Shown piece by piece: positions 39,299 to 53,507 of a DNA stretch of 64,000 nucleotides (position 1 is its first letter; the number at the start of each line of letters is the position of its first letter). The DNA lies in the NCBI RefSeq assembly GCF_003918875.1, contig NW_025766956.1, positions 434,001-498,000 on the forward strand. Direction: 5' to 3'. The translations under genes were made by a program, and so were the position numbers. The notes beneath the pieces are model-generated. The model did not search any database. It was given only the letters and a program-made list of their open reading frames with translations, and was not told the origin of the DNA. Origin of the DNA: Haliotis rubra. Taxonomy: Eukaryota.

Positions 39299-42200
39299 AG
39301 GGAGGAAGGACATGTACCCCAGTAACTGCAAGGGAACATCAAGACAATGCCATAACTGATGAAAGCCATGCTTGACAGTTCGCGCTGATAACAACATGGA
39401 TGCTACAGCAGCTGTTGGCTAAACACATGTGGACTAACAGTGATAAAACTGACACTATCAGTATGGTAGGAAGGCAGGGATCACTGGGTCTAACAGGACA
39501 CACACAGTCAATCAGTTAAAATATCCCTATTCTGTCATACAATAGACAAGAGGATAAAATCAAACTCAATACTATTGTCCAAACATTCGGAACTTAACAG
39601 GTTCATCAATATGACTTTCATTCAATCAATGATGAAGAAACAAAATGTAAGCTATAGAATACAAAAAAGTTTGCTATCAAATATTTTATTTCTTATTGTG
39701 ATACGTGAACTTTGAATAAACAATAACCCTATCAAGACACCTTGGTTTGGTAGTACAATAAGTTCATGTAACATAACAACTACACAGAGAATATATTTCA
39801 GATGCGGCTCAACTTGATCACTTGAACAATGAATAACTTAGGACATCAACTATATAATTTGACTTTTGTAAAGTCTGAATTCCATATCTAAAATGGTAGT
39901 GTAAGGACATATACACAGGATTTGATATTTGACTTTTGAACTGTTTTCATAAAAGCAGCATGTGAAGTCGCTTACATTCAGAGTTTAAATAGGTTGTGTA
40001 TTTCCGCCAGGTCCTTCCTGGTCACTAAACTTAGCATTTGATTGATGGCTGACAGTTTCAGCGACAGAACCTCAGTGGTATGACTTTAATAAATCAAATG
40101 ATTAATTACCAGCCTGATTACAGTATATTCTGATATATATTCTGATGTATAAGAGTAAAAGGCAGAAGTTTTGTGTTTCTACCATAAGCATACTTACATC
40201 ACAAAATCAGGTGCTATAGATGCATCCTTGCTAATTATCTTACAAACATGCACTTGCATCATATTCTTCTCATACCATGGAATAATCAGGTCAATATGCA
40301 CACAGTTATTCACATTTTTTAAGTAACTATTTGTTCTCAACATCAAATATTATTAAAACATAATCAATGGAAACTGAGAGGATCCAGGCATAGCATGACT
40401 ATTTTAACCCTACAATAAGGCCTATAAGGTGTGGAAAGGTGGCACAAATTCTTATTCATCTCCTCTCAATTGTAACTCCATGTAAATCATTGCAGGATGT
40501 TATACTTATAATAAGGGGTATTATACACATAGTAAGGGTTATGATTATAAGCACCGACAGTTTGTATTTCAGAGAACGTGGAATGGAAAAAGAAAAGAAA
40601 TGTGTATGATAAGTAGAATAGAATGGCCATGGTATAACATGCCGAGTTCCTGCCTATAGTTGATCAGGAGGAAGCAGTGGGCCCAAGGAGGAAATAGACA
40701 CTACAGCAGCAGGCGGAATGTCAAGAATGGAGTGGCGTTCCAGCAGCTGAGATTAAACATTGTAATGTTGGTTTGGCTCAATTCAACTACTAAATATATG
40801 TTTGGGAGGAGACACAATACCAGTGTTTAATCTTAGGGATGAAAATCAAGGGGCCCTATTCATAACCTTTATGTTAAAATTATAGGGTTTAGGATTGCTT
40901 GGAATCAGTTACTAAACAAATGTCAAGTACCCTAGGACACGATAGCTGTAACTTTGAACATTGAATACACTTAATAATGATTCATGTCTGAATTAATAAT
41001 TGTCATATTCATCCTGTTCATAAATTAAAGATAATATTAGCAGTGATTTGGCCATTCAACATACATCCTGTCCATTGTAAATACATCTTGGTCAGCATAA
41101 TTCCTATCAAAATTGGCAAAAGAGATTGCATCAGTAGAGCTGGTGAGTGTGACCCAAGTGTGCCTGATGATGGAGAGAAAATGAAAACTGTTGCATAGAG
41201 GGACCTACCCATGTTGGTTGCGAGAGCAGCCTGGTCCTACACACACTAGTGGCTGACTGACAGTCTCTGTGAAGGCTGCTACTGCTGTACTTTGGAAGTA
41301 ACTACTTGAGCTCCCGCTATAATCTGACCCATATCAGTGTCATAAGGACATTGTAAATAGTCATAAATACAGCTCCTTTCACACAGCCTGTATGCCTCCC
41401 AATAAACCGTTCAATATCTTACACAATTGTTGGTAACAGATAACCTTTTATACTTCAATTATAAAGAGGAAAATCTGAAATAGTTATTCAAGAGGAAATA
41501 AACTTTTTATTCAATATGTTATCTGGATTTACTTCCAGACGTCCTTTGAAACAAGCAATGTTAGCTTGTTAACGATTAATGAACTTTATTTGTGAAATAG
41601 AAGTAACATATCTGGATATATGACAACAGAGGTGACTGATTAAGAAGAAGGGAATCACAACACTGTTATTGAATGTGTTTTATACCACAATAATTTAACT
41701 TGCTGTAAAATGTCTGAAACACATTTCAAAATGCCCAGCAGAAACTATTAAATTTAAACATACAACTCTAGAACCATTAAATAACACAAATATGACATAT
41801 AGAATCTCAAATGGTGTCCTTTAAGATGAAAAAACTTGATTCACTCCATGGTTTCATATAGTATTGCAGACATCTGAGCCGGAGCTGTAGACGGCAAAGG
41901 TTCAATAATTGCTCCATAATTGCCTCATTATACTAACAGCCTAATCATCACAGAATGTGGACTGAAAATATGTTGGAAACTGCAAGGCTTACAACATTGT
42001 GTATACTCATGTGTGCTGCATCTGTATATCCTCTGTCGTAAAGAACACATTTTATACCCACTGTTCACTATAGATTTGTCTGCTTCAGGAGAAAAATTGC
42101 TAATTGTTAGTTGTCTATTTTTCTTGGACTGGTGGTAGCATACTGCCTACAGCATGCCTTCAGTCTTTCATATACTAGAGTGTAGGGTAAAGAAACCTGT

Positions 42201-45129
42201 CTCCTTAGTAACATAACCCCAAACATATTTTAATGAAGTAATATGTACCAAAGTTTTGTAATAAACATGATAAACATGTTGCAATCATTTATCAAAAATA
42301 CATTTACTTAAGAGTTTCCAATAATACTATCGTGAATGCCCTTGATAAATGTACTCTTATACTGATTTTGATTCTATACTCAAGAAAAACAAAATGTCAA
42401 TATAAATTTAAAAGAAAGAATTTAAAAAAAAAAAAATTCTCATGTGAAAATAATAATCAAGTTGTTCCATGTGAACATTGATTAACGACAACCTACTAGC
42501 CCCACCTACCATTGAACAAGAGCCAGTTCCCAGCCATCACATACAGGACATCTACAGATAGTGAGCCTATCTACACATACACAGTGAAGACTTTCTCACT
42601 GATTTCTAAACATCATCCAGTCAACCAAGCATTACATTTTGATTGCAGTCCCCTCTATATACAGCCTGTACTACTGGACCTTGAAACAGCCTACAGCTCT
42701 AGGGCTTCACTGTAGCCTCTCTGATCATGTGGGACCTCACTATTACAACTCTCAGCTGATGTAGGATGTAGGATGTTACTATCACCTCACTGCTGAATCA
42801 CTGTATATTCATCATAAAATCTCATGCACTAGACTTTAAAATATGTATAAATAACATGCATTTATCTGGAGTAGTCAAGCTTATGTACAATATTTCTCAA
42901 ATTGTGAGAATTGTAGAAATGGGTTTTAAAACTGAAAAATACAACTTGATCATAATATCTATCAATGTATCTGCAACAAAATGTCACATAGATGTTTTAA
43001 ACAAAAATACAACCATCTTAACAAAGTGCAACACGTAACAACTTTATTGTCCAACAAAACAATCTCATGAATCAAATATATGTCGAGACACAATAATAAC
43101 ATAATACACAATCTATATATACCTAACTCCCTACAAGAACTTTAATCATCTGTAAGTGGTAAGTACTGATGTGATTAACTATCAAAACATCACTTAGATT
43201 TTGATCTAGCTATGTAAAATACATGTGTAAATGAACTATGTGTAAAAGGTAAAAGTTAGCCAGGTATCATGGAAACAATGTGTTGCCTTGCCAAGGTGAA
43301 AAACGCAATATGAAACTAGACATTGTTATTTCTGCAGTACATGATTAAATGCATGAACATGACTAGCCTACCCGTACTACATACTGGATCGAATAACATC
43401 ATTAATTCAAGCATTCCATTTCTTTTAAAAAATGTTCATTACATATCAGCAACAACTATAACATATAATGTTGGGAATTGGTGGAAATCCCACAATTGAT
43501 GATTGCTTCATTACCAACGAACAATCATCGAAAAAAATTGGTTACAATCATTTTTCAGATTTTCCTATTCAGGTTGTTATTGTAGATATGTATAACATGA
43601 TGCAACTTGCTACTTTAAAGTGATGACTAATATATCATTAAAATAAACATCCCGGAGTCTTCAAAAAATATTCTGTCATGACTTTTCAGTTAGTGAAGTG
43701 AGTTTTCTAAGAATTAAACAAGTTTTCAGGCCCTGACAACTTCGAAGATATGTTCCATCATCAAGTGTTTCAAAGACTAACACAGCAGTTCCAAAATCGT
43801 TTTTGTTCGATTATGAGAAAATGTGATCGATTGCTTGGTCGTTTGGTCACTTCGACCAATCTTCATTATTTCAATTAATCAGAACACCACTATAATATAC
43901 TACTCAAAAGAAGATACACACAATATTTCATATGACTATAGTTTACCATATGATAAAACTGGATGTAGGTCTACTTTTTTAGCAGTACTGATAAAATGCA
44001 ATTATTGCTGAAGCATTCATATCAGTGCCATTTGTGAAATGAGTTAGTTGGCAAGGATGGATCATAACCTCAAAGTTGATATTATTTAAATATTTTAGTC
44101 AGGAAAATTTAGCAACACTAAAGCATTGATGAACATGTGTTCAGACATCTAAATATGAATACAATTACCTCCCCTAATGAATTTGATAAAGTGTTTTAAT
44201 CCAGTAGTTTGATCTTCCTTGTAAACGATCTTCCAGACTGTGATAATTTGTGACCAGATAAACGTTAAGTCAAACAAGACTTGCACCCCCTTCTCTCACT
44301 ACCACACAGTTGTCTACCCTGAAAAGTGTTCCTCTAAAATGCATTACAGGTAGACAATGACAAATCTATATTAGTTTGTGCTCAACAAAATCAGTCATCT
44401 TCCTTTATGTTTTTTCATTATCTCTATCATCCCTCACTACAGTGATAAAATAAATTTGAATAAGCACAATTATTTATATTATTTTGATGAAAGGTTTACT
44501 TTTAACAATTCTTAAAACAGGTATTATGGGAATTTTCCACTATCAAACATACCCAGAAAACTATTTATGTGTAAACATTGTGCTTATCAGTGGCACAATT
44601 CCTGAGTTGTCTCGGTTATGGACACTTATAAATCTATTCCGATTTTCAATGGGTACTGCAAAAATCTTGGGTTGTGCCAGTTTAGTGTGGAAATAAGGAG
44701 TGATTCACGAGATATTGTGGAACAAATCCTATGATTACTAAGATACTGGTGCAGATAGAAACTGATGGAGTATTCTACAAGAGACCTTACAACTACTGCA
44801 CGATACCAGAACATATACGTATCTAAACCTACATGATCACATCATGTCTTGCATCAGGACTGTTCAACACAGAAATGGCAGATATTAGTTATTTCATACA
44901 CAAAAAGTGAACTAAATAGTTCCTGAATACTTTTAACCAACCAAAAGCTAACAGTTTATTTCACAACATTTACAGTAAACAAATAAAACAATGGAAGTTG
45001 ACTCAAAACAAGTGTAAATATTGGAAAACATAAAGATAAACCCACTTGAAATTGCATATGTAGTGTGGCGGCCATGTTTCCATTCCGTACACCAAAAGGG
45101 GCAAGAATATCTACCAGTCTTTCACATAC

Positions 45130-45347
45130 AAGGAACAGAGGCAGTTGTTATTGGTTCAACTATATACCAGGAACAGAGGCATTGTTCTAGCCAATGTCAC
45201 TGCTCTATATGATATACAAGAGACAGAGGCAGGAGCATCTACCTGTTGTTATTGGTTCAACTATATACCAGGAACAGAGGCATTGTTCTACCTGACGTCA
45301 CTGCTCTATATGATATACCAGAGACAGAGGCAGAAGCATCTACCTGT
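45130..45347. repeat. About 100-bp tandem duplication
   Basis: gttattggttcaactatataccaggaacagaggcattgttcta occurs twice. Confidence 0.8.
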
Positions 45348-47958
45348 CACCATACAATATTCTATCTACAAGCATGGAATTACCAGACAAGGCAAAGACA
45401 CATATGTCAGTAAATCACACTTCACGAGACCAGACCTAATCAGTGAGTGCCTCTCTATGTGGACCAACTTCTTGTCATATATCACAGAGTACCTCTGATA
45501 ACTACACTAACATGACCATACAACAACTCCCATAAACTACACTAATATATGACATATCAAGACCTATTCAAGGAAACTTTTAGAAAGTCTTAGAAAGGGT
45601 TGAGGCATGTACACAGTAGTCCTGAAGGAAAATTTGATGTGTGATGAATAATATGACAATCAGGGAATAACCCTAAACATTTCATAGCTGAAGTACAGGT
45701 GTTAAAAGTTATTGAAGTAATGTATGCAAGAAGGTCACCAATTATCACATTTTACAATTTGTAGCCAAAAAATACATACTGTGATGAGAAAAGCTAAACA
45801 TCAAAGATGGGATTCATCTTCATTAATTACACTACAATGAATTCCATGCACTTATGTGAGCAAACTTAGTTCAGTTACAAATGTCTTACTAATCTACATT
45901 GTTCTTGTACCCAACTAATCATACTATAAAATGTTACTAACCACTTCTGCTTGAATGACAACAGTATTTTCTGAACTAGAAGTCCCAGCTTCAATGTGTG
46001 CACTGTTACTACACTCAGCTCTACGTGCTCCATCATCCTGTGCTCAGTCTACTGCAAGCTGTGACTACTGGTTCACAAGGCACAGTCCAATCTCTGCACA
46101 GAATTGCTCTTCAGACTCTATCCATCTATATTTCATCAGAACTTGGACCGACCATTTAATACTCTTGCAGGGATTTATCAAGGATTCTAAATTAAGTGCC
46201 CTTGTCAAGAAAATTGTGAAATACAGATATTGTTCAAAATTGTGATTTAAGAATAATAATAATGATTTTCTTAAATTCAGATGCATTTCAACATTACATT
46301 TACTAGAGAAAACCGCATTAAAGCCTCTTCATCTCTATAGCGCTGGTTATCAAGTGTAAGTCACCTAAAACAACCAACATGCCTTGCAGCAAATGGCATC
46401 ATTTCTAGATGAACCCTGCCAGACTTAGGGCTGAATTTAGATAGTGAACTATTCTACATAGATTTCTGCCTTGAGACTGATTTTATTTAAGAAAGAATAC
46501 TTTTAGGTCACTGTTTGAAGACATACAATTTTTGTCCATAGATGAAGCCAGTGACATTCTATTCTGTACATTCAGCACATCCAGCAAACAACTGCATATA
46601 TCAAAACCTGAGACAAGATGTGTTTTTTCACAGTATTTTCTGGAACAAATAAATACTAAATATTTTAAAATAGCCAGGCCTCCCCAAGAATATGGAATGG
46701 TCGGTGCCATAGAAAGCTACATGCTACTACTCACAAGCTATTAAACTATCTCAGTATTGTCATCATGTTGCATACCAGAAGTGGAACTCCCCTTGTTCAG
46801 ACGCCAAAGGCGAGGGATCCGTAACACACACAAGAGAAACAGACACTCCCCCACTAATCAAAAGCAATCTACATTGTGCTGACGGTATGGTTTATGTGAG
46901 CCAGAATCTCTTGTGTTTGCTAAATGGCCCATGTCTTGTCACACTTCAGATTAATTGCTGAGGAAAATTATTCGTTTTCCGTGCACCAGGAACATGTAGA
47001 AATGTTTCCACAGCACATTCAATGTAATCAGGCTGGTCAACAGAGAGCACTGGTAACCATGGTTACCTGCTGTCATATAAATATTTACTATTACACTACA
47101 ACATTTAGGATTCAGGCTAATTAAAAAACACGTAGGGAAATACATACATATTGCGCATATCAAGATGGGCAATACACCTAAATTGTGTACTGTATAAAAT
47201 GTAGGGAAATACATGGAGATTGTATTGTGTTTTGTGAAGGTCATACCATATACAAGCAGGATCACTGAGCCATTTGTCTATTCTATGCTGATATGCACAA
47301 AAACCCGTGAGTATTAAATCAGTAAAAAAACACAGAACTAAGATGAAGCATAATTAAAACCTATACACAATCTTGTTCATATTATGGTTTTTGGTGAGAA
47401 CTATCTTGTCTTCATACAGACAAATCTCATTGGTTTTACACTGAAAATTTCAATAATATACAAACTAGTTACCATGGTCACAGTATTGGAGATCGATCAC
47501 AAACAGTTTGACATCTATACTTGATTTCATCTCACATGTACTCAATGACCATTTTGATCCTAGAAACTGGTTTCAGATGAAATACACATTCACAGTTTGG
47601 AACTCACACATACTCTAGACAAAATAGTAAGACAATATGATTGAACTGAGATTATGTCTATAGAACAATCACCACTATGTATCTACAAGCTGTGATCTTG
47701 ACGCCATTGTATCACCAGTGCTCAGCTAAGCAATAAGCACCATTATAAAATGCCATTCACAGACTAATTATTATGAATACAAACACCCTACATCCGTATA
47801 CACAGATTATAGCATGGCTACATATATACATACAGAAGAACATTTTGATTGACATATGATGACATTATCAACCTCCACTTGACGAGACAAACACAGAGGT
47901 GACCAGGATGCTGTCTAGGATGATTCAGGAGCTATCAGGTAAAAGTTATCATTTTGAA

Positions 47959-48311
47959 TAGGGATGCAACGATTAGGTTCGATTCATCGAAAATCAAATT
48001 TGACACCTTAGATTCGATTTTCAATAATCATTATCACTATTTCGATTCGATATTTGAGTGCTGTTCAGTGTTTAAACATCATATTTTATTTATTTGGAAA
48101 AGGTTACATCATTTACTTTCATGTTTTACTAGTCAAATCTTGGAAAAAGTTTTCAGTGTGATATGTTTTCTTTAATAAACTCTGAGAGTTAAATGAAATC
48201 AGATGTTTTAACATGTATGAAGAATTGAATTGGAAATGAAATGATCGAATTGAGGGTCCAATATTGAAAATCAAATCGAATCGAGGTCTGGGTAAAATCG
48301 TTGCAGCCCTA
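47959..48311. mobile_element. hAT-type MITE
   Basis: TIR tagggatgcaacgatt / aatcgttgcagcccta; 8-bp TSD attttgaa/attctgaa; subterminal tcga(tt) repeats. Confidence 0.85.
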
Positions 48312-49599
48312 ATTCTGAAACAATAAACTTCTGTCATGTATATAAGTAATCCTACAAATTTCAGTAATGCCTACCAGCAATATAGATGAGACAACCATTA
48401 AACATGATAATACTCGTGCCAATTTAGTAATGTCAAGTCGATCTCTGATAGTCATGGTTAGATATTATGTTCATTTTCACAAGTTAGAAAAACATTTCGA
48501 CCTAATGATAAAAGTGGTAGTCTCATGGAAATATTACTAGTTATTTTACATGTGTAAACCTAGCAGCTTTCGAACAATGGTCACATCCTTGATCATCTGT
48601 GTACATCTGGCCTGTGGCCATTAAGGGCAATAAAGTGATCGCTGATGAAGCACAGTCAAATGATTGCTCTTTAAGTACAGCGGGGAATTTGGTAATATGC
48701 TTGTGAGGATGAAGCTACAGTAGAGGAGATGAACTCTTAAAATCATGGCACACCCAAAGCGGTCAAAATATATAACAAGGAAGGAAAGGAGTAGAAAGAA
48801 AGGTAAAATGTTTAATTTTAACTACCAAGTTTTGCCAAGAAGTGATTGTTTGAGCCAGTACTAGTGCTGTGTGGAGACCCCACTCCTGCGTTGCCGGTGG
48901 CGACGACTGAGCTGCATCTGTCACCTGCATATTACCAATCACAATGCGTAGAAAGTGATGTGACACCATATTTGCATATTTGGTTCATCATGCCACGAGC
49001 TATATGTGAGTAAGTCTTGGTGTTAATTGTAACATAGGTACTACCCCGGCAGCATGCACACTGGTGTAGTAAGCTTCATCAAGAGCAACAACATCATGGC
49101 AACAACTGATGTCTACGTTTCGCACTACAGTCCATTCATTGCATACTATAGGAATTCCAAAGTGCCCATTTCAAACATGTTGCAAAGTCATTAATTGGTG
49201 TACAATCAGCAAGTTTTTAAACTGTGTTTCCTTTAAATAAGCATGGGCATCAAAACATGCAGTTGTGTGATGTTTCACACTGGAGGGGAGACAATTTAAG
49301 CATGAATTTTGTGCAGGGGATAAACCATGGAGGGGCATGCTCAACTACACTGTCATTTGATGAGAAACTGAATGATTTGTAAGATTAATATATTCAAGTT
49401 TATACAGATACATAATTTGTTTATCAATACGGCTATCAGCATGCCATGCACTTGTTAGAGTTAGACTGTAAAACTACCAGGTAAGAAAACACTGTGACAA
49501 AAGTTGACGATTAAGTACACTGCAGATAATATTGCCACAAATGATTCTCTACCTGATATATATTATCCTAATTAACACCAAAGCTAAACTACTTCACAT

Positions 49600-49898
49600 A
49601 GGACCAGATTTTAGTTTCAAAATGAAATTAAAAATGAAAAAAATAACTGAATGATAAAATGGTCCACATTTGAAGACACTATGCAGTTTTCTGCAGGTTT
49701 GTATGCAAATATGGTAGCACCCTGGTGTTGGTGGGCATATCCACGCGTCACACAGGATAGGTGGGTGGGTGGGTGTGGATGGGAGGGGCCAGGTAGGGGT
49801 GTGTCAGGGTGTAGTGGGAGCATCTGTGACTGGCCAGGGGGATGTACTGGCTCAAACAATCTCTTCTCACTCGGCAGCACCAACAACGATGTCATATC
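49600..49898 (-). other. ITSN1: Candidate start of the short-isoform terminal exon (stop formed as T|GA); 3' extent unknown, lower coordinate arbitrary
   Basis: Good acceptor ctgcctgttcttatctacag|GATATG; joining to the phase-1 T of SH3E gives TGA. Confidence 0.5.
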
Positions 49899-50728
49899 CT
49901 GTAGATAAGAACAGGCAGCAGATTAAATAGAGTCACTCTCACAACTGACAGGACTTAAACATTGAGCATGAAAGTCTGGCAGATTCACTAGTTTACGATC
50001 TTAATGATCAAAGGAAGAAATTCGGTTTAGGGGGGTTTAAGTAACTGATGTTGAATATTACAATGGTTTCATACATTGTAATTCTGTTCTAAATTAACCT
50101 GGAATCAGTCAAAACTGGATTCTAACAAACGTTGTCTGTACTAGGGTACAATAACAATCATGAATTGACTACAATATATACAACTTATTTCAATGATATT
50201 TTCCCATTTCTTTTCTTCATGTCCTTCTGCAATCTCAATAATCTGGACTAAATATGGATCCAAAGAAGACAGGTATGGAAAGATTCGAAATTACATCCCA
50301 TTCATCAGCATCACATATATGGCAGTAGAGACTGCAGCCAAAACTGCCTCACTGCCTCATTTGAGGTTAATTTTGAGCAGAATATTGTTGTTCCAGATAA
50401 GTCAGGTGTCCAGTTTTGAAAGATTTCACATTTTGCACTATTCATCACCATCACAACAGTAACTGCAAATGAAGCAAGACATGTACTACATGTATTAACA
50501 TCCAAGGCATGTGGTCCCATCTTGTGAAGGTGGGACTCGCAAACAGCGAGTGAATATCTTTCAAGATAGCAATCAGCACTATTCCAGCTATGTCACTGCA
50601 ACCTGTAAACAATCAGGGACAGTCAAACTTGTGTTTGACAGAAAGAGCAACACTAAATGCTGTCTGGGTACAAATACACATTATCAGCAACATCACGCAA
50701 AAAACTTTTACTGCTAGCTGTTACTTAC

Positions 50729-50926
50729 ATGATGCTGTGCTGTGTGGGGTGACGTAGTTTGCAGGGAACACGCCTGTCTTGCCATCAAGCTCTCCTTGCC
50801 ACCAGTCAGGGTTGTCTTTGTTCAACACTGTAATCACATCCTCCTTCTGGAATGTAAGCTCATCAGCATTCTGAGCAGCATAAGCGTAGAGAGCTATCAC
50901 CTGCTCTGCTGCTGCAACAGAACCAA
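50729..50926 (-). CDS. ITSN1: Intersectin exon: SH3E ([27 protein letters not shown]...[15 protein letters not shown])
   Basis: Complete SH3; donor T|gtaagt in phase 1; acceptor ambiguous (50926, 50911, 50908 and 50905 are all in frame). Confidence 0.93.
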
Positions 50927-51127
50927 CTGGAGGGGTTAATATTGCTTCATACATTTGACAGTACATCATGGATTCAAGCTGTATGGAAAACTAAGTCCTT
51001 CACTTGATCTAGATTAAATTTACAGTTATTTCCTGAAGTTTTATTAAAGTGAAAGTTTGTCATTTCCAAATTCACATCTTTCCTGTCCTCAAAACAGGGC
51101 AGTCTCCTCATGTTAAAGGAATGCATA

Positions 51128-52238
51128 CTGTAATTGTAGTTATTTTCGCGTGGGATTAATTTTCGCGCTTTTAGCGCAAAAAGATTGTGCGCCAATAATC
51201 ATACCAAGCGAAATATTCATGGTGAAGTCATGACAAATACTCAAGTAGGAACAACATGCAATTTGTTTATTCTCTCAGATAACAACATCAAAGCAATTAT
51301 TCCCGGTCCATGTTTACAAATTACGAGATCAAACAATGTCAAGAAGTCCACAGATGTTCGCCTACCGGTAATTCCTCAACACAATGTACTTATTTCACAG
51401 CAATCACTTACATACTGCGTCTACTCACGTCTCGAAATGAAGTGTAGTTGACAGTAAATGGATACGTATACATATTTTGTTTCGCCAAAAGTCATAATTA
51501 GTGTAGCTGGACGATCACATGTTGACAACAAACGACTTTTGTAGTGGAAATAGCGAGATCGCGCGAAACCTCATCAGTGACAGGTTAAATTGTTCCATGC
51601 ATAAAAACTATCCGGCTAAAAGCCATAACCTTAGTTATGATTATAAATATTTTACATTTATAGAGCACAACCTGCAATGAAAATGACACAAAACTAGAAC
51701 ATATTTCTCTTTAAAAAACAATAGTTTGGGATACTATCTTTTTAAGATCACTGCATCTCGGAATATTATCGGGTACGTTTTAACTAAATCACCCGTAGGG
51801 GAACGTGTGCACTGCAGCTGACTGCTATTTCCGGCGCTGTATACGAGACAATTACACACAGTAATCTTAATACCTGCATATAAGGCAATGCCTAACAAAA
51901 ACAAACTAGAACTGAATAGGTTAATAGTCTTTTCTAGCAATGTTTAATTGCAAATTTGACGTCTTTGGTCTTCTTTTGTATGTTCGATCACGCGAAGCGA
52001 TGTCAGCCACAAATCACAATGTTGACACAAGTATAATCCCGCCTCTTTCTGATTGTTTTAGTAAACACGATTCAATTATGGCAGCTAGCTTTGATCATTC
52101 ATGTCTATCGGTTGTGAAAACGTTGTGATGGATACCATCACTCAGGTGTTTGAAATGGGCGAAAAAACAACTGCGCGTACAGGCCTTTTGTGAACTTTCC
52201 GCGAAAATTGCACCCCGCAAAAATATATACGATTACAG
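51128..52238. mobile_element. Non-autonomous TA-flanked DNA transposon (about 1.1 kb)
   Basis: TIR ctgtaat.gta..tatttt.gcg.gg...aattttcgcg at both ends; TA flanks; CpG-rich relative to the intron. Confidence 0.8.
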
Positions 52239-52299
52239 TAGTTATTTGTAGTTCCATCAGATTATTCATCCTGGGGGTTACCCAGTAATGAACACACAC

Positions 52300-52393
52300 C
52301 TGTAGCAGGAACAGCTGCAGGCGCTGGTTGTGATGACTGGCTCGATGTAGACTGAGGGGTCTCTGACCGACTTCCACCTCCTGTTGTAGATTG
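52300..52393 (-). CDS. ITSN1: Intersectin exon: SH3D-SH3E linker (QSTTGGGSRSETPQ...AAVPAT)
   Basis: ttccag| acceptor, CAG|gtgtgt donor; 94 nt, phase 0 to 1, required to join the flanking exons. Confidence 0.82.
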
Positions 52394-53246
52394 CTGGAAT
52401 AGTCACAATACAAGTTTCAGCAAATCCTTATTACCAGATATAAACTCTAATTGTTCACTGATTTAATTGCAGAGGAGATAATTCTGAGAGGACAGCTACT
52501 GTTGTTTATTATATAATGTCAGCTACATCTTACAGTGTCCTCCCACTACGCAGACAGGCAGTTCGCAGACGCCTTAAAACAACAACTTTTATGGTTCAAT
52601 GAACAGATCAACTACAACCTGTTACCTACACATTATAATGGAATAGTCTAAATCAAAACACAACAAAATACTGAAGCTATATTATTTATTTTGAAAGATG
52701 GCCGAAAAGACATTAATTTGAATTTTGATTACTGCAATATAAACACAGTTGATATTTATAAACATCTGGACATAACCTTCTCGTCTAACAGGAGTTGGCG
52801 GCATCATATTGAAAACATTGTCATACACTGTTACAATCTTTAGAAAGTATTGGTAAAATTAGAACACTGATTGGTATTATCTTACATGGCAATGCAGGTA
52901 TCTCAATTACTGAAAATCAGTCGTTTCTCAGTTAACTTCTGTTGTACATATCCTAATATTGGGAGAGTGTTTCGTAGTTGTGCCCAATCCTTTTCTTGAA
53001 TGCATGAAATATGTTTCAATCAAAAAACACCATCAAACCTCTCAGTGACAAACCTGTTTTTATATAGTAATTGACAGTAAACACAATTTGAGAACAACAA
53101 AGTTCTGTTCTCGGTAACGAACCTGTTTGTGGCTCACCCAACTCTACTCAACAGACTGTGGACTGTTCCATTATACCAGTAGGTGTTACCCTAATTAACC
53201 TTCTAGTTCAGTGCCTGTCAATCGACTGTCTGTCAACCCATCTTAC

Positions 53247-53375
53247 CACTGAAAGTTGAGGTGTTGGAGTGACAGACATTGGCTGCCTGTCTGGTGTAGA
53301 TCTTGCACTGGAGGAACCCAAAAGCTTCACATAGTTAGCAGGGAACCAGCCTATCTTCTTCTTCTGACCTCTGGC
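53247..53375 (-). CDS. ITSN1: Intersectin exon: SH3D C-part ([20 protein letters not shown]...)
   Basis: 129 nt, phase 0 to 0; [16 protein letters not shown] diagnostic. Confidence 0.95.
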
Positions 53376-53507
53376 CTGTGAATACAAGTACACATTAAAC
53401 TAGGTACATATCTTTCAGTCACACTCAGCATACATGTTACGTCTTTGTCACACCCACAAACGTACATTACATTCCTTACATCTTAGTCACACACATATGC
53501 ACACGTT

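Noticed and set aside
38797-39397. Cys- or Arg-rich repetitive ORFs on both strands
   Set aside because: Products of the 30-bp minisatellite
43467-43892. Possible old hAT-like MITE
   Set aside because: Terminal repeats are too degenerate and there is no clear TSD
46776-46822. Non-canonical AC|GG acceptor that would give T|GG (Trp) as in vertebrate ITSN1-L
   Set aside because: Requires a GT-AC intron; not supportable without transcripts
49617-49895. 92-aa Pro/His-rich ORF after SH3E
   Set aside because: Out of phase with the SH3E donor (the junction gives TGA); more likely 3' UTR
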